64,000 nt of DNA, taken from contig NC_134026.1 of assembly GCF_964204645.1 (NCBI RefSeq), forward strand, positions 5,727,950-5,791,949. The letters run 5' to 3'. Source of the DNA: Tubulanus polymorphus. Its lineage: Eukaryota > Animalia > Nemertea. This document shows positions 1 through 12,424 of this stretch, piece after piece. Numbering within the stretch: the first letter of the stretch is position 1; each line of letters opens with the position of its first letter. The position numbers were made by a program, and so were the translations under genes. A model generated the notes under the pieces. The model saw only the letters and a list, made by a program, of their open reading frames with translations. It ran no database searches and had not been told where the DNA came from.

Positions 1-286
1 AAATATATCAGAACAAACAAATACAATTTACAGCGTTCTATATACAAAAATGATAACAAGACTCAGCAGATAAACGCAGTATTTCGTTCAGTGCTATGTA
101 TGATCCAAGACTTGGTCGATGTGATGATATTTATATCATCAACTCCAACACGATGTATTTATAAATTTACCAAGGCATGCCATTTGCACTGTTGACATAA
201 CGGTTTTGAATTTCGTCTTGTCTTGCTCTCACCATTGTGAATATACGATTTACTAAACTTGTCGTTGTTCGCTGTATTTGCAGATT

Positions 287-1464
287 ATGTCGAAGAATTA
301 CAATGTCGTCCCAGGAGCTGAGCCTAATAGCGTAAGTATCCCAACCTCACTCAATTCAAACCTTTTCCTACTTAGGTAACCGTTTTAACATATATATAGT
401 TCCATAATTGTCTTTTTTTATCAGCAATATCTATTCCATGAAACACTGCCTTAAATACAGTCATATCGGTAAATACAAATAGCATCAATACACAATGAGC
501 ATAAAGCTCATAGCCTACTAATTGAAAATGGATTTCATTTTGGCGGTAACTTTCAGTAAGGGATTGAATGGACATTCACGTCCGGAAATTACACACAACA
601 GAAAGTCGGTAACCTCCGGAAGATTTTTCTCCGGAATTTAGCCGGGAATTTCCGGAAGATTACTAGCCCGGGGTCACTGAGATGGATGATGAGATGATGA
701 CATGAGTAATGAAGTTATATAGTTTAGCCAATTTTGGAAAAGTCACTGAATAAATAAATTCGTGTGAATAGATAGATAGATGAATAAATAAATCCCCCTT
801 TTCTCTTTATCATCAACAGGACGCAGTTGTCCCGTTAAACGACGATGATGGCCGACCTGGAATTGTCTTCAGGTCCGCCCACAGTGACCCGGATGCTTCC
901 GATTTGCCGCTTCCAGATTCAACCGAAAAAGTGAAATTCTATGCACCGAAACAACGCGACCCGAACGCAAAAGAACCGGAGTCGTTACCGATGATCGGAG
1001 TGGGTCAAGGTTTACCTCCGCAGTTACAGCCATTAAAAGACGACTCTCCCACTCCGTATCGCGATGTAGTGGAACCCGTGGACAGGCCGGCAAAACCGCA
1101 GCGAGCATCACCGCAGAAATCCCCTCAGCAAAGCGGCGGTTACATCCCCGCCGTGCAACAAACAGGCGATCAGGAACAATACAGTTTATGCGACGAAGTT
1201 CAACTAGCAGTCCACGGCAGCGGTCCGCAAGTTTATCTGATTTTCTCACTCTGTAATCTAATCTTCTGCCCGGTGTTCGGGGTTTTAGGGCTGCTGTGTT
1301 CGCTAACCGCCCTCAGGCACTTTCGCGCTGGAAATAACGCGGAAGGAAAAGAGAAAGCGTCAATGTCGTTTTATCTGAACTGGATCGGAGTGGTCACTAC
1401 ACTAACTATAATTCTTGTCATCGTCATTGTAAACGTGTTACCGCATAAAGTGCTCCTAGTGTAA
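287..1464 (+). CDS. CD225/dispanin-family membrane protein (IFITM/PRRT/TRARG1-like), 229 aa; join(287..331,820..1464)
   Basis: ATG 287 (MSKNYNVVPGAEPNS), donor GTAAGT at 332, polypyrimidine+CAG acceptor ending 819, phase 0 into the frame of ORF 904..1464. Pro-rich N-terminus, then CD225 pattern YLIFSLCNLIFCPVFGVLGLLCS...RAGNNAEGKEKAS...LNWIGVVTTLTIILVIVIV. Confidence 0.85.
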
Positions 1465-2972
1465 GAATACCGATATTACTGGTTAAAAAATTACATATAT
1501 ATATTATACAGCGCCTCAGTAGCTCATTGCATTCATTGGGCTGAAGTGAAAATGTATTCTGACAACATTGATATTTCGCGCTTGGTTTTATCCCCATCGC
1601 TGGCAATATTATTAATACTAAGTTTGATAGACAGATATATTAATAATTCGGATGAAGCTTCGTATTTTTTACTGTTTTTGAAATATCGTGAGTTCAATTC
1701 CCCAGTCTAAGGTTTGTTATATTTTCATCCTAACCGGTTCAGAACTGATGTCATCTTTGACTCCGGAATTGGACTTGCCAGAAGAGATTTTGAACCGGAC
1801 AAAAATCTAAAATCGCTACATTAGGCGTAGCAATGTTTGTTATTGCGAAGTTTTTCTAGCTTTAAATTTTGCAATAAAGATGTTCTAGGTGAAGGGAATC
1901 GACCGTTCTATTTTATTAATAATGCTAGTAACGATGTATTTATTGACCTGTTTTGGATGCAGATAAACAAGCAAGATTTATAATATCTTACGTGAACAAC
2001 AGAAAATGAAATTATATCGTATTATATTATTTGTCCGTTGTGTATTGTGTATTTTTTGGTATAACTAAGTATTTTGTTGTCGTTTTGTAGAATATTTCAT
2101 TCAATGCAGCAGAGATAAACTTGCATCTCTATAATTCAGTTTTTATGGAATTTTAGATTTTCTCGCAACTAATCAACCAGTCAACGCATCTCTGATTTTT
2201 AAGAACGTATTTTATTTAGTTTATTGTATTCATTTATACTCTAGATCACTTGTAGACGACATCTATAGTATGTGAATATTTTTGATAATAGTTAGAAAAA
2301 AGAGCAGAAACTATGCAAATAGTTATGACAAAATATTTAAATCTTTGGTTTCAGTAGTGAGCCTTTTGAATGATAGAATATCTATAGTTTATGTCTCAAT
2401 GTCGAAATTTTTCTCACATAGGTCATGATTTGCCTATAATTTATATTGTTATGCTCTTCGTTGTTGGAAAATTTCGGATGTTAACTCGTGAATTCTGAAC
2501 ATGGTCAATATAACCGATGTTACATGATATAATCTAAATGTAAGTGTATAGATTTGTTATGTTAAACTAATAATCGCCTCATATGTTTTATATATATATA
2601 TATTATTAATCATGCTTTTAAGCGAACGGTCACAGATGTTATTTATATATTTGAAATGTTAGAAAATATTTCATTCTGTCCATTATGCAGCAAATTCTCC
2701 CATTTGAAAATGGAAAATGAAGGTGGTAAAATGAAAATAAACGTGGTATATTATGCATTTATCGGTTTCATTAGTTTCGTATTTTGTTACCATCCATTTT
2801 GAATCGTCAGCGTTTGAAAATCAATTTAGGCGCTCATCATCAGGCATTGTTAGAGAGTAGTAAGACCGTATAGGAGGATGTTAGTAACGGGCTTTCAATA
2901 ATTTCCGAGGGAAGTTCGACGATGTAGCAACTGCAGTGGACAAAATGCCAAGGCGAACATTTTAGATCTGTT

Positions 2973-3626
2973 TTTGTTATATTTACACATGTATATACAA
3001 AAAACATTGTTGACACGTTTCGGCTAACCCATGTTGCCTTCATTAGAACAAAACCAGAACTAATCGATAGACCGTACGAGTGACTAACATAACATTGAGA
3101 TGAGAAGAACTTGACAGAAAAATTGACAATGTGATAGCGCGCTTAGAAGAGCCACTATTAGTAAGCTAGAACGATAACCACACTCAAACGTGGTGAACGG
3201 ATAATAAGATAAAAATCCCACTATTTACAGATTAAAAGAATTTAAAAACAAGAATTTATTTATTAAATCTAAAATATTTAAAAGACACGACGTTTCGATC
3301 TCACCCTAGAGATGATGATCTCTAGGGTGAGATCGAAACGTCGTGTCTTTTAAATATTTTAGATTTAATAAATAAATTCTTGTTTTTAAATTCTTTTAAT
3401 CTGTAAATAGTGGGATTTTATCTTATTATTAGTAAGCTGTTTGTTCAGTGAAGGATTGTGTGATTTTATGAATAGTGATTCACGCTATAACTTAGTTCTG
3501 AAATTGCTCTGATAAAAGCAACATGTGTTAGCCGAAACATGTCAACATGTGTTAGCCAAAACATGTCAACATGGGTTAGCCGAAACATGTCAACAATACT
3601 TTTTGTTTATATGTAAATATAACAAA
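2973..3626. mobile_element. Outer Penelope-like inverted-repeat element with degenerate hammerhead ribozyme motifs in both arms
   Basis: Arm ~2973-3063 is the imperfect reverse complement of ~3492-3626. Minus 3051->3007 reads TTGTT-CTAATGA-A-GGC-aacatgggtta-GCC-GAAAC-GT-GTC-AACAA. Plus 3504-3596 reads TTGCT-CTGATAAAAGC...GCCGAAACATGTC with a 24-nt unit triplicated (3519-3590). Confidence 0.6.
3201..3429. repeat. Near-perfect 229-bp palindrome (about 113-bp arms, 4-nt loop GATG at 3314-3317), Penelope pLTR/hammerhead-derived
   Basis: 3201-3313 is the reverse complement of 3318-3429 with one indel in an A/T run. The centre reads GATGA-T-GATCTC-tagggt-GAGATC-GAAACGTCG. A 12-bp direct repeat TATTAGTAAGCT lies at 3156-3167 and 3427-3438. 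Confidence 0.85.
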
Positions 3627-5866
3627 TATATCGATACCAGTAGCAACTATAGATGGCCTTTTAGTGACTGCCTGCTCTCACTCGGGGAGATTGGTCGTCT
3701 TTAGCCGAACGAATAGGGGTTCTTTAGCCCTTTAGTCGCGCGTTGGCATCCTTAGCATTCCTTCGGTTGGCTCCGTTAGCGCTGTTTGCTGCTTCCCATC
3801 TCGTGGTCCAAATAATCTTTTCCAATCTAATGGTTCAATCACTCGATATAATGGGAAACGATTCATCTCTTAGAGAGGGGCTGACAGTTTCTAAATACTG
3901 AAACGACGTAACGCGCGTAGTCATCACCCAATCTACATCAATTCGCACGAGTATCCGCCATAAATAAATAACCGCGTACGCCTGGCACGTCTACGGCAAT
4001 AACTACTATTCTTCGATAATTTCTTCGGTTCTTTGCTCGGGCAAATATCATCGAAAGGCTAATTTGAATTTTTAATGTCGAATTGCCATAGTGATTATTG
4101 CTACTCTCGCGTCTCGAGTCTAGTATTGATTTGCAGTATCGTGAGGCTAGGTAACTGCCGCTACTGATCAGCGGGTATTCAGAACGGGACTATCACCACT
4201 GACGGCACAACAACGACGGCGGTATAAGGCGTGACCAGATTGGCGGTTTCGTCACCATTTTCACGTCTCTTGGAACGTAAGTGATTATCAACGTTATCGT
4301 AAACCCTTTGTATTTAAACATCTAATTCATTTGTACGTAAGTTGTGTTATCAAAATATCGAATCAACTGACCTAATGATTTAAATCGATTAATCTAAATT
4401 TTGAGTTTAAGACGTTTTTGGTGCCAATGAGCGAACATCAACATTAACAGAACTATCAAGATTAACATTACGTTAAATATGTCTGATCATTCTTGTAGTA
4501 TTAATCAGTGAAATTGGTAAATATTTCGTCGATTTGTGAATCAAGCATAGATCATCGGATAGGAACGACGCCAACTGCAGTTTTTTGACGGAATATTCTC
4601 TAACAGTGTGACATCCAGATATATACTGCCATTTTGGGATTTTTAGGGAATCTGGTGACACAAAAACCGATAAACGATAGTTTGGAATTATTTTAGAAAG
4701 TAAAATTCCTGCCATATCTTGAAAATAATGCTTGTACTATTCCATCCATACTCTGAGCATAGTCAGCGCGAAATCTTCGTAGTTAGTATTTCCAATAACC
4801 TTAAATATTTTGTATTCATGAGGAATGAAACCGGCACTACTCTGGAATTCTCAATGCGAAACTTCAGTCTAAAACTAAATGAGCACTTACGTTTGAAAAA
4901 TATAGTTTACTCGGTGCAATGGATGAAACCGCGCAGATTCATGATATCCTCGTGATGAGCCATAAAAACGCATACAACATTGATTTTGTTTTACGTCATA
5001 TTCATCGGTCGTCAGGTGTTTTTGAGATCGAATTATTTGATTATTATGTTTATACACGTGTATTCATCAATTCATTCATCCATCAAACACTGAAGTTTTG
5101 TTCAATACAGTTCTCGCACGGTAAACAAAAAACATTTAACGTACTTGGACAATTTTGATGACGTCAGACAGCCTATCAAACGCGACAAATGGCCACTGTT
5201 TTCACAAAGATTGTTTAGTTGTCTCGTTTGTTACAGCTGTCTATTTCAGAATGGCTACGTTGCCTTGCCTACTGGGGTAATATTCATCTCAAACGTAAAC
5301 ACACAAATTGAACCGTACGACGTTTTATCACAGGATAATTTGTCCCTCGCTGTATACCGTAATGGACTGAAATGTCGAAATATTGTATCTGGATTGCGAT
5401 TTCAAATGTCACGCTTTATGGTATCGCCCCACGGTGCAGCCATTAGTTATTATCAAATGGTATTATGCCAGGAGACAAGCAGAATACCCGCAGTTCCTAT
5501 ACATGTTTAGAAACCATATGCCATCCCAAAGTGATGAACTATGTGAATTTAGATCACGATGGAAAAAACCTTTTGTAAACTATGTTCTTCATCGTTTAGA
5601 GAATAAAGTCCTTCTTTCATTTTAGATTGTGGTAGGTCGGATGTGAATGTTACCCCAAAAATCTTGTTGTGATATTGATACTGATATTTCAAGTGCCATT
5701 TAGGAGATCTCTGTGGAATCCATCTTATTTCCTCATTCGAGCAATACGATTTTTATCTTCATTTCATAACTCATATTGTAGCCCATAGCAATTCATTGTG
5801 TAATGCGAATTCTTATTCACAGGCAACAAACTCATCTACAACCAGGGAAGTAGCCGAAACGATACA

Positions 5867-8800
5867 ATGGCGGCCGATGAATTTGAAACTGGTCGATTAT
5901 ACGAGTTATTATCACTAGTTGAAGAGGGTTTATGCCAGGCCGTACAGCAGGAAATGAAATCCGGAATTGACGTGAAAGCTACAGATGAATACGGTGATGG
6001 TTATTTACACATCCTTTGCGGAAATTCTGGACTTCACGATTGCAATTACGATCGATATATTCCCGTTATTTACATGCTAGCCAACGCCGGGCTGGACGTC
6101 AACGCCCGAAATAAAAGCGGCAATACGGCTCTACATTTCGCCGTAACTAATAAAGTCGGTCATGTTATCGTTAACACGCTGTTAAAACTCGGCGCCGATC
6201 CGAAATTGAAAAACAACGAAGGTTTATCACCGGACGGTATATGCGCCGATCCGTTGCAGAGGAAAACCATAGAGCTTTTCAATCCGGGATTGTATGAAGC
6301 TATTACATCGAAATCGATCAGTGACATTGAAAGGTTGATTGATTATTGGTGTGTTTTACCGGTAAACCATCGAGATATTCTATCGTCGAATTCATTTCCA
6401 AAAGCTCAAGAAGCCGCTGACGATACTGGCAAAGACATTAACTCGAAGGTCAAGGTCGGTTTAGAACGGAACCAATTTTACCACCTGGCATTAGCGGACG
6501 ATCGCGCGAAAATGAAAGAAATCTACAAGAAAGATACGATCGATTTGAACGCTTTAGATTTATCAAATATCGACGAAAATGATGGAGAAATTCGACCAAA
6601 ACCCTTAATCGCTTTGCTGCTCGAACTAAACTGTCCAACATCCGCGAGATTTCTAATGAAAAAGGGCATTGATGTAAATATCCCGATCCAAAATGCCCGC
6701 GGACGAATGCCGTTTTTTATTTACGCTTGCAAGCATTGTGATAAACCTCGTCATTCGCTGGTGATTTCGGTGATGAAGCACGCAAACCTTGAACCGTTCG
6801 TGAAAAAAATTTCGATAAACTTCCTTCACCAGCTGTGGCAGAACGAATTACCGTCTGAAATCATCGGTTTCGTAGTCGATGCCGGTTTCAATCTGGGCAT
6901 GAGAGACGAGGACTGTTTGACATTACGAGACCGCATATTCTTCAGCTCACTATCGTTCGAGCCTGAACGTATCAAAGAAAGTCTGCACTGGGTCGATCAG
7001 CATGTTCTGAATATGGTAGTCGATGGAAAGCTGGATCGGCTAGAGACCTTATTTAACGAGGGTTACGAATATCTTATCGTTGAAAATCTACAAGGACGTA
7101 ACTCGATATCGTTAGCGAAGAAACATAATCAAAAAGAAGTGGCGGCATTTCTCGAAGAAATTCCAGTTCTTCAGGTAAGATTCCTATGGAAACGATGGTT
7201 TTCCGATAAAAGCTATACATTTGAATCGAAAGTGGGCTAATAAGAGCACTCAAACCTATTTACATTTACGATATCATCGACATTTTTCTGATTAGTTTGC
7301 ATCTATCTGCACTCATATGTCGGTGTCTCTGCAAACAGGCTTGGTGAAGATTTCGGGTCTCTAAACATATCCTGCAGCAATTTATGTTAGGATGGATAAC
7401 AGTGAGAGAGCGGACGAGGTGTCTCTTGTCCGTGCACGTATTGTATTCAGATATTAGCATTTCTTGTTGCAGAGTGTGATCGAAAGCTTTTAATCATAAT
7501 TACTCCATTGCATGATGCATTAATTTCTTAGAGCCTAAATATTTTTTAGATATTAATCAATAACCACTTGGTCGTAAACTATTATGATTTGGGAAATGTC
7601 TTTGCTTCACAGTGCATTTTCCACTGCTTTTTTCATAGTCAAAGGTCTGTTCCATAGTCACGTTTTAAGTTTAAGACCAGCTAATCGTAACAACTTTAAG
7701 ACCTGTCTTTAAGATTTAAGACATAAAGACACAACAAAAGAACGAAGGTTTAAAGATAATAGTAGTCACATGATTTGATGGTCACTTATATCAATGTACG
7801 GTGACGAACGTTTTTCGCTCTCACGTTTGCAAGGAACTTAATATTACAGTTCAGTTTAATTCGGATTTAATTGGCATACTACCCTTCGAAAGAACAATTG
7901 AAAATACAAGAACATGAAGATAGCATCGAAACGCCATCTTGAAAACACTATCCACATCGGCATACCGGCTAAGTGCTGAATCACCGCAAGTTCTGTAAGT
8001 GTGCTCTTCTAGCGAATTCGGTGCCACATTAGTGCGATATTCCTAAGCTCGAAATTTAGTACGAACGCCGCATAAGCGTGAAGGTTTCGTCATCCAACTT
8101 TATCAAAGCCACAGGTCGTATTGCGCACTGCTTTATTTTTTTCAGTAATGGACAATTACATACAAACCCGTCTAGTAATCAAACAAAAAGTCACCCACGG
8201 ATATTTGTTTTCAAGGAATATTGCACCATTAGCAACAAAACAGGCGAACGATATTCGCGTTTTTATTTTTGCGTGCAACGTTGACTAAACACGCCATCTA
8301 GCCATTCGATATTCCCGCTACGGACGTGATTTTCAAGTACGCAATTTAACCATCGGTATAAATGTTTTCCCTATAAAAACCATCAATAAATAACCTTTAA
8401 CAAACAGCGACAACATACGAAAACGTCAGCGACGGTTAATCTAAAAAAAAAACACTTTCATATCGAGCTATATGGCGATGAGGCGTTCCGTGCATCGTGT
8501 CCACGTGTCCAATAAAGCACACTCATGCCGCGTGAAACGTAATGCATTTGTGATATTTCGAAGTATTTTTCGATAATTTTACGTTCGTGTAAACCGACTT
8601 ACGAATTTCTATCGACAGCTAGACAACCACGCAATAACGCGTGACTCGTTGTATAGCGGAAGTAAGTTACTCCATGAAGTACCATATTCTTTGCTATTTT
8701 GTGGTTGGAACTTAAAAAAAGCGCGGAGGAATAACCATATCGCTTGCTTTAGAAGCTAATCTAGAATAGTTTGTCGACCTTTATTCCCAATCTGCTTTTT

Positions 8801-11559
8801 GTGTCAAGTTGATAAGAAGGACATCTTCATAAATTGCAGATTACAAAACGAAGCAAATTTGTTATCCCTTTGCAGAAGTCGTTTATTCCAATCAGTGTTT
8901 AAGTCTACCCTCCTTGGCAAACTTTTTCATTCAAAATTGAAAAAAAATGTAGACAGGGAAGATGATCTCCAAGTAATTACTATGAATTACTCACTGAACG
9001 CCTAGACGTAATTCGGTTTAAGTTGCGTGCGTAATTTGCAATTATTGCGAAAGTGTATCCACTTTTTCAATGAACGGAGAATCGTAGTTCAATTCGGTAA
9101 CCGTTCTGTAAATTATAGCAGCAATAATTGAACGTTGCACGTTTTTGGCGATGAATAACAGATTACGATGCATTAGTAACTGCTAACGACTTCTGTCGTA
9201 TAGCGCTTTGGATACTCGTACGTACGTATACGCAAAACACGGCTCTGGGTGCGATACGACACATCGTCAATAAAAGACAGAGACATTTCTATCAGAAACC
9301 TATGTAGCCGTTCCGATCAATACTGTGCTTAACCTGATAGAAATGACAGAAAAATACAGAACCTGAAACCAAAATATTCTTACCGAAATATCGGCATTTA
9401 ACCTATAACTCACGCTATGGTGATGGTCAATGTGTGTAAGGGAGTTGGGGTGAGAGGGTAAAATGCATTTTTCATTTTTCATCAAGGTTTCATGAGGTTC
9501 AACTACTTCATTGCGTGAAGTGATATTACTGCTTTCATTTGGAATCATCAGCATCACATGTACAACAACATACACGCCATTTCTTATTTGTTTCAGAATA
9601 ATGCCCGTTCGATATTTTTCGCCATACGTCGCGGCAATTTGTCGGTAATGAAGAGCCTGATAAATGACAAGAATTCCCGAGTTCGCGACGGGGCGGGTCG
9701 TACGTATCTGCACATAGCCGCGTTATTTGCCCGCAGATTCATGGTAAATTTTCTCATCAAAAACTACCCGGCACTAGTATCCGACCAAGACGTGGTAAGT
9801 AAAAATAGATCCACCACCATTATTCTTTTTAATGAAAGATATTAATTATACGTGTAGTTTGAAAGTATTTTATACTAGCAGATATTTATCATCAGAATTA
9901 TTAAGTGCAACAACTACCTCATGCCAATGATTAACGGAAATTGTACTTAATATATCAATGATTGAATTATGTTGACTTTTTTCTGCGTTGATAATGTACA
10001 GAAAATACGATTTTATCTGAGTGATAGAAATGACTATCGGTGAGAATGCTTGCTAGAGCGCTCAGTTACAAATAGAAATGAATTCAAGTACAATCTTTTC
10101 ATTCGCTATAGTTTGGAAGGACGCCTTTGCACTACGCGTGTCTGCTTCCCGATGGAATGGATGTCGAACTGGTACTGGTGAATGCTGGCGCTAGCGGTGA
10201 CGCCGAAGACACGGTAAATGTGACAGTTAAATCTAATCAATCAGAATGAAATCATGCGCTACTTCCGTCGGCTGCGACATTAGATTTGCCTGAAAAAGCG
10301 ATGTGTATACCGACGGGTAGTATAATAGTTTCGTGTAAGAGCCATTCCCGCGACGAATTCATTTTTACTACAACCCCGGTACAAAGCAAAAGCGGATGAT
10401 TTATATGGACTGTCATGTAGTATTTCGAAATTTATTTCCATGTTTTCGTTAATGTTCTCATAAATATGTTGACATATGGTGGCTGATTCGGGTAACATTG
10501 AAAAATTCTGACATTCAAGCGCCACCATTTTTTTCTCATTTTCAGAATGATTATAAACCGATAGACTATAAAAAGGGTTGTATGGGCGATAAATATGTCG
10601 ACTTGGAAAGAAAAGTCAAATATGGAATAGATGTATACCTGGTGCAAAGATACTTCGAGTTAGTGGCCGCCATTAAGAACGGGTTCGACGAAAGGGTCAC
10701 CAGAATACACAAGTCTATGTACGAAGATACGTCGCTGAACGATTTTGAAAGACTGGATTCCACCACGAAGGAAAAGATCGCTTACAGGAATCTGGTCTAT
10801 GTGGCTCTAGACAACGACAGAGAGAAAATAGCCGTGTATCTCATACAGGAAGGCATGGATCCTATGGTTAATGATATCGTGAGTACATTTTATAACTTAA
10901 AAAATGTTGGTCAGGCAGTTGCCAACAAAGATGATAACTGCATAATATTGTGTAACGCAATGAAACGTTTTAGTTTTGTCGGTATTGTATTCCTCGTGAG
11001 GTCTTTTTCCGAAAGGTAATGTCACGTTCAATGATAGTTACAGAGATTATTGAGTCACCTAATTCATCATCAATGAAGGAAAAATGATAACTGTGCATCA
11101 CTTTTGCTAATTAAACTATTCAACTGCTAAATCGTGTTTCTATTAACAGATAAAAGACGAAGAAACCGGAAGCAGAGTCGTAAATATGGTGGAAGCCGCT
11201 ACAGAACTTGAAATGTTTGAACTTGTCAAGATTTTAAGGAAAAAGGTCAGATAAAAGAGCTTATTTTCAGTAATATCTTCAGCAATTATAGTATCTTCAT
11301 ATTCGTATATATGTTACTTGCATTTTAGAGGGCCATCGCAAAATTTGAGAAACACGCCAGTTTGATCGTCGACAGTTTGGTCAGTCGTCCGCCGACAACT
11401 GCGTCACATCCGGGTAAACCAGGCTCCGCGCCATCCGTGAACGGCAACATTCAACACTCGGCCAACGACAACAAGACGGACGACGCGAGACCGGCGTCTG
11501 CAGACAATCCGCATAAGTCTGGCTCCGTTAACAAGAGTGCCGCTTGTCAGTTATTGTAG
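5867..11559 (+). CDS. Ankyrin-repeat protein with C-terminal CaaX (CQLL), 755 aa; join(5867..7174,9597..9794,10112..10213,10546..10878,11150..11245,11329..11559)
   Basis: Ankyrin motifs DEYGDGYLH, NKSGNTALHFAV, DGAGRTYLHIAA, DVFGRTPLHYAC. All five introns are GT..AG and phase 0, joining ORFs 5867, 9558, 10498 and 11362 into one frame ending NKSAACQLL*. Probable 5'UTR intron 4277..5822. Confidence 0.85.
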
Positions 11560-12058
11560 TCAACATGAATGTAGCGACTAGATCGACTTAGAATTCAATT
11601 TAATACTGCTGTACCCGCTAGCAAAATGTGATTCGAGTTATGTTTCCGTCCAGAAGTTTGTTCGCTTGCTCCCCTTTTTTACAACTTATTCATGTTCTTG
11701 CAACCTTTATCAATTCAAATGAAAAATAATATATATATAAATATATATTTTAATACACGGGCACATTCTCTGTGATATTGAATCATAAATAAATCATTAA
11801 ATTTATTTCAATGCGTAATGTACATATAAATGACTATTCTCGGGTGTCATTTTCAATTCGTTCATTTCGTTTGATGAAACTTCAAGCAACGGAAACCTAC
11901 ATCTACCGACATGTGGACTTCATCAGACGTATCAGATATTTGTATCATTAGATAATTTGTTTATGCAATCAATATAACGAAGTTTTTAGACTTTCCAGTT
12001 GCATATATTCTTAAAAATGGAACGATTATTCGCAGTAGCCGAGAGAAAACAGCACCCC

Positions 12059-12424
12059 AGGGGCCCACGGTAACACCTATGTTGTGACCTATTCTCTACT
12101 ACAGATGACTCAGCGCATGTATATGTTCATTTTGATACCTCTCACGGCAAAAGGTTCAGTTGCATGTTACATTACGAACGACATCTCGTACAAAACTCTG
12201 AAAACATTACCAGCCAACAATATTCATTGAACATCGCTGCCTCCATAGCGAAACCAGACACTTAGTATTTACTAACATTTTTACAGTGCACATGCCATCT
12301 TATCATTAAATAGTTACTCGTAGTGTGTCTAGAAACTATTGGGACTAGTTTTGAAAAGGTTATCCATTGACAACTGTCCATGTTTCCCCGAATTGTAATT
12401 TCACCGGTGTCACTTGGGCCCCCT
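12059..12424. mobile_element. Degenerate MITE with GGGGCCC..GTGACACC-type termini
   Basis: Left end AGGGGCCCACGGTAACACC and right end GGTGTCACTTGGGCCCCCT are imperfect inverted repeats, similar to the termini of the 17028-17126 element. Confidence 0.4.

Noticed and set aside
303-331. Alternative ATG at 303 for the CD225 gene
   Set aside because: It gives phase 2 at the donor and is out of frame with exon 2; ATG 287 is in frame.
869-1249. 126-aa minus-strand ORF
   Set aside because: Antisense shadow of the CD225 coding exon; no protein-like features.
3519-3590. Short repeats resembling a CRISPR array
   Set aside because: The units are directly tandem with no unique spacers, the context is eukaryotic and there are no cas genes.
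5626-5631. Possible 6-nt microexon (TTTTAG|ATTGTG|GTAGGT) in the ankyrin 5'UTR
   Set aside because: Splice-like motifs only; non-coding and not testable from sequence.
7175-7240. C-terminal VRFLWKRWF...KVG of ORF 5867..7240
   Set aside because: Read-through into intron after donor CAG|GTAAGA at 7174/7175.
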